The translations under genes were made by a program, and so were the position numbers. From the NCBI GenBank assembly GCA_965203465.1, contig CBDBCR010000003.1, positions 192,001 to 256,000 of the forward strand: a stretch of 64,000 nt of DNA, given 5' to 3'. Positions 60,370-64,000 of this stretch are shown in pieces. The stretch is from Nitrosopumilaceae archaeon (lineage in GTDB: Archaea; Thermoproteota; Nitrososphaeria; Nitrososphaerales; Nitrosopumilaceae). The notes beneath the pieces were generated by a model. It was not told the origin of the DNA. It did no database searches and saw nothing but the letters and a program-made list of their open reading frames with translations. Within the stretch, counting starts at the first letter, position 1; every line of letters begins with the position of its first letter.

Positions 60370-61084
60370 GAGCCGCGCGGTGTATGCCCGAGCCGTACTG
60401 TAGCGCCTTTTTGGGCCTGCCGCATATGTCTTGCGGCACGCCGCACAGCCCCGCCGCCTCCCGGACGGCGTGCTTGCGCAGCGCGTCAGAGGCGCCGCGC
60501 ACCTTTTGATCGAGCGGCACGGCGCGCGCGCATTCGGCAAACCCTGGCGACAGGAACGGCTGGACAAGCCGCACGCCGGCGGCGCGCGCGAGCGCCCCAA
60601 TCTTCCCGAACATCTCCAGCTCCGATTCGAGCTTTGCGTCTATCATGGACTCCAGGTGGTCCTGCCCAGAGGCGTACTCGCGCCGGTACGCGTCGTAGCC
60701 GCAGAAAAGCTCGTCTATGCCGTTGGCCGCGGCGACCGTGCCAAGATCCAGCTCCGAGGCGAGCTCGAAGACGCGCCCGAACGCGACGGCGTTTTCTGCC
60801 CACGAGAGCTTTCCGCCCATCGCCTCGAGCGCCGCGTCTAGCCGGCCGTCCAGATCCGTGACGTGCGCGGTGCGCAGCTCCAGGCCGCACCTGCCGGCGG
60901 CGGCCGCGGCGGCCTCGAGATCCGGCGAGCCGGGCATTCCGACCGTCAGGGCCGTCACCTCGCCGCGCTCCCGGCACAGAAAGGCGAGCAGCGTGCTGTC
61001 TATGCCGCCGGAAAAGGCCACGCCCACCCTGCCCGGCGGCACCGAGGAGCCGACAGCCCCGCGCATGCGCCCCAGCAGGTCCAC
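60320..61084 (-). CDS. Asparagine synthase C-terminal-domain protein
   Basis: [10 protein letters not shown]-loop, [21 protein letters not shown]. Confidence 0.85.
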   Translation of the reverse strand: MDLLGRMRGAVGSSVPPGRVGVAFSGGIDSTLLAFLCRERGEVTALTVGMPGSPDLEAAAAAAGRCGLELRTAHVTDLDGRLDAALEAMGGKLSWAENAVAFGRVFELASELDLGTVAAANGIDELFCGYDAYRREYASGQDHLESMIDAKLESELEMFGKIGALARAAGVRLVQPFLSPGFAECARAVPLDQKVRGASDALRKHAVREAAGLCGVPQDICGRPKKALQYGSGIHRAALKSLRRRGAQTSRPPI

Positions 61085-61132
61085 GGGCGCCGGATTGCAA
61101 ATGGTTATAAAATTCCAGCACGGGGGCGCGCC

Positions 61133-61405
61133 ATGCTGTCAGAAGGGGAGGCGGCCGGAGAGCTCGCCTCGATGGACGGGTGGTCGCTGGAAAAAGGGGC
61201 CATATCCAAAAAGTTCGAGTTCGCCACGTTCAGCGAGGCGTTCGGGTTCATGGCGCGCGCCGCGCTGGCCGCAGAAAAGATGGACCACCACCCCGAATGG
61301 ACCAACGTGTACAACACCGTCTCGGTCAGGCTCACCACCCACGACGCGGGCGGCCTTACGCGCAACGACATCGAGCTTGCGCGCCTGATGGACGGGCTGG
61401 CCTGA
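61133..61405 (+). CDS. Pterin-4-alpha-carbinolamine dehydratase
   Basis: [15 protein letters not shown]...[10 protein letters not shown]. Confidence 0.92.
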   Translation: MLSEGEAAGELASMDGWSLEKGAISKKFEFATFSEAFGFMARAALAAEKMDHHPEWTNVYNTVSVRLTTHDAGGLTRNDIELARLMDGLA

Positions 61406-61508
61406 GTGCGTGGATTCCGGTGCGCGGTCCGTTGGCAAGGGCGGGGGACGGCGGCGCGTTAAGCCCGCCACAAGGTATAATGCTCCGGGCCCGGGGGGGG
61501 CCGCCGTG

Positions 61509-62537
61509 ATGCTCGACGAGCTTGCAGGCCAGGTGCGCGGCGTGGTCTCGCGCATGGACGCCCGGGAGCCGACGGACATGGACGGCAACGCGATAGAGCC
61601 GGGCCAGTTCCTACCCATCGCCTCCGGGGAGCCGGCCAAGACGGCGTTCGTGGACGGGGGCAACGCCTCGATCAGCGAATCGCCCTCGTTCGTGGCCTCG
61701 CTCAACCGCGTCTGCTTTACCGTGTACAGGGGCGAGAAAAGGGAGACGCCGGGCTGCTCGGCGGCGGAGTTTTTCTCGCTCACGACCTTTTCGAGGCGCG
61801 GCGGCGCCGTCAGATCCGAGGCCCGCATGTTTTCCGAGCCGGGCGACGCGCGGTGGATGCCCGACGAAGACGACATGAGGGTAAGCCAGGTAAGCTCGGA
61901 TCAGCGCCCGAGGATCTCGTCGCTGCCGCGCAAGGTCGCAGAATGGAAGCTCGCCCTCTGGGCGGCCGTCAACGAACTTGGCGAGGGCGACGTGCTCGTC
62001 ATGGACGGCCCCCTGCAGGCCGGCTCCGAGGGCAGAGAGGAAAAGTACGCGCGCGAGCTGTACGACATGGCCGAATCGAAAAAAGTGGTGCTGTGCGGCC
62101 TCTCAAAGACCAGCAGGGCCATGACAAAGTCGGGCCAAGTCCTGCTGCCCCCCATACACAGGGCGGGCCTCGAGGCGCGGGGCAGGACAAAGTGGTTCGT
62201 GCCGGTCGGATCCGGCGGGGGCGGCAGGTGGCGCTCGCTGGCGGTCCGCCTGCACGAAGAAGCGGACTACGTCTTCCGGCTCGACATACTGGACAGCCAG
62301 TACGAAGAGGCCGGCCGCGTCATGTCCAGCCTGGCGGCCAACTCGACGGATCCGTCCATACCCGGATACCCGTACGGCGCCATAGACGCGGACAACGTGG
62401 CGCGCGTGCGCGGCGGGCACGCCGCGGCGGCGAGGGACGCGCTGACGGCCAAGATGATGTCCGGTCCAGAATGGGAGGCCTACGACAGGAACGCAAAGTC
62501 CATAGACATGCACGGGAGGCTCGACAGGGTGGTCTGA
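61509..62537 (+). CDS. nurA: NurA 5'-3' nuclease
   Basis: AFVDGG, VMDGPL, GLSKTS, GYPYGAIDAD; directly upstream of HerA. Confidence 0.85.
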   Translation: MLDELAGQVRGVVSRMDAREPTDMDGNAIEPGQFLPIASGEPAKTAFVDGGNASISESPSFVASLNRVCFTVYRGEKRETPGCSAAEFFSLTTFSRRGGAVRSEARMFSEPGDARWMPDEDDMRVSQVSSDQRPRISSLPRKVAEWKLALWAAVNELGEGDVLVMDGPLQAGSEGREEKYARELYDMAESKKVVLCGLSKTSRAMTKSGQVLLPPIHRAGLEARGRTKWFVPVGSGGGGRWRSLAVRLHEEADYVFRLDILDSQYEEAGRVMSSLAANSTDPSIPGYPYGAIDADNVARVRGGHAAAARDALTAKMMSGPEWEAYDRNAKSIDMHGRLDRVV

Positions 62538-64000
62538 ATGGAGGGCAGCACGGTGGGCCAGATAGTCGACGGCAAGTTCGGCAACGTGGCGGTCAGGCAA
62601 AAGTCCGGCGAGGCCCTCGAGATAGGCGACCTGCTCGTCTCCGAAGAGGGCGGCCACACCCTGGTCATGCAGGTCTTCGGCCTAGAGTACGGCTCGCAGA
62701 TCCACCAGGGCATGCGCGAGGTCATGGCAGGCGAATCGCTCGAGCGCGGCGGGACCGGCGCTCGCTTTTACAGCCCCGAGACTGCAAGCTACGTGCTGGC
62801 GCGCGTAAAGCCGCTGGCGAGGCTCTCCCCCGCCGGCGACGTCAGCCTCCCAAAGTCGCTGCCGGAGTTCTTCGGCAAGCTGCGCAGGATCTCGCCGGCC
62901 GACCTGGACTTCCTCCCCGGCAGGGAGGACGGGGTGTTCGTGGGCCACATACGGAGCGGCGCCAAGGTGATGCGCGAGGCCGAGGTCTGGCTGCCCGCCG
63001 AGGACACGTTTTCGCACCACGTGCTGATACCGGCCACCACCGGGCGCGGCAAGTCCAACCTCGTAAAGACGATGCTCTGGCACCTGCTCGATTCTGGAAA
63101 AGTGGGCGCGCTCGTGCTCGACGCGCACAACGAGTACTATACTGGCGGCAAGGCCGACGGGTACGCCGGCCTGAAAGACCACCCGAGGGCGCACGAGCGC
63201 CTCGCCTACTACACTCCGTCGGACAACCCGCCGCCGGGCGCAGAAAAGCTCACCATAAACCTGGAATCCGTCAAACCGGAGCACTTTGAGAGCATAGCCG
63301 AGCTGAGCACGGCTCAGACCGAGGGCATCGAAACGTACGGGCGCAGCGGCAGGGACTGGATAGCCACGCTGGTGCGGACCAGCTCGGACATGCTCACGGA
63401 TCAGGGCAGGTCCGAGACGAGGGCCGCGACCCTCTCGGTGATAAAGCGCAAGCTGGGCCTGATGCTGGCCCTGTCCGTCGACGAGGACGGCAGGGTCGTC
63501 TCGGCCCACGACGTCTTCGATTCGGGCGGCAGGGGCAAGACCACGGTATCGGACATGGCAGAGCAGGTAAAGTCGGGCAAGGTGGTCATCGTGGACACCT
63601 CGAGGCTGGGCGACGAGGCCGAGCTGCTAGTTGGCACCATGGTCGCCTCGAAGATATTCCAAGAGTACAAGAACGCAAAGGCCAGGGGCGCGCTCGACGC
63701 GCTGCCCGTGGCCACCGTCGTCATAGAAGAGGCCCCGCGCGTCATAGGCGAGGGCGTGCTGGCCACGCACGACAACATATTTTCGACCATCGCCAAAGAG
63801 GGCCGCAAGTTCAAGGTGGGCCTGACGGCCATCACGCAGCTGAGCAGCGTGATACCAAAGACGGTGCTCGCCAACATGAACACCAAGATAATACTGGGCA
63901 ACGAGATGAAGCAGGAGCGCGACGCCATCGTGGCGTCGGCCTCGCAGGACCTGTCCGACGACGACAGGAACATCGCCAGCCTCAACAAGGGCGAGGCCAT
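62538..64000 (+). CDS. herA: HerA helicase/ATPase (runs off right edge)
   Basis: HAS barrel start, TTGRGKSN Walker [27 protein letters not shown]. Confidence 0.9.
   Translation, partial: MEGSTVGQIVDGKFGNVAVRQKSGEALEIGDLLVSEEGGHTLVMQVFGLEYGSQIHQGMREVMAGESLERGGTGARFYSPETASYVLARVKPLARLSPAGDVSLPKSLPEFFGKLRRISPADLDFLPGREDGVFVGHIRSGAKVMREAEVWLPAEDTFSHHVLIPATTGRGKSNLVKTMLWHLLDSGKVGALVLDAHNEYYTGGKADGYAGLKDHPRAHERLAYYTPSDNPPPGAEKLTINLESVKPEHFESIAELSTAQTEGIETYGRSGRDWIATLVRTSSDMLTDQGRSETRAATLSVIKRKLGLMLALSVDEDGRVVSAHDVFDSGGRGKTTVSDMAEQVKSGKVVIVDTSRLGDEAELLVGTMVASKIFQEYKNAKARGALDALPVATVVIEEAPRVIGEGVLATHDNIFSTIAKEGRKFKVGLTAITQLSSVIPKTVLANMNTKIILGNEMKQERDAIVASASQDLSDDDRNIASLNKGEA

Noticed and set aside
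61493-61500. G8 run upstream of nurA as phase-variable tract
   Set aside because: Short run before a core gene; plausible by chance at this GC content.
61509-64000. NurA-HerA as a defence system
   Set aside because: Host-like composition and gene order fit the core archaeal DNA end-resection operon.

Overview
High-GC archaeal chromosome segment, most likely a Nitrosopumilaceae/Cenarchaeum-like thaumarchaeote and possibly host-associated (inferred from gene content: archaeal FBP aldolase/phosphatase, PurP, short PurA, eL44/eS27/eS17, histone, geranylgeranyl reductase, NurA-HerA, giant secreted proteins, TATA-like boxes ~24 nt before leaderless ATG/GTG/TTG starts). A housekeeping backbone is interrupted by AT-richer islets. 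Highlights: (1) a translationally coupled ubiquitin-like operon, Ubl -> E2-like (frameshifted, missed by the ORF track) -> JAB-E1 fusion, resembling bacterial Bub/Bil-type systems but behind an archaeal-style promoter and next to a Panacea antitoxin; (2) ribosomal protein eS17 fused to an apparently intact PIN nuclease domain; (3) two large surface-protein genes that each carry a G12-13 tract at the 5' end, one of which puts an 18x FG-GAP adhesin out of frame (phase-variation candidate); (4) a Ubl-Cgi121 fusion in a t6A cluster, a HEPN pair, an orphan methyltransferase and several frameshifted genes. All family calls are by motif recognition only. Some frameshifts could be sequencing errors.
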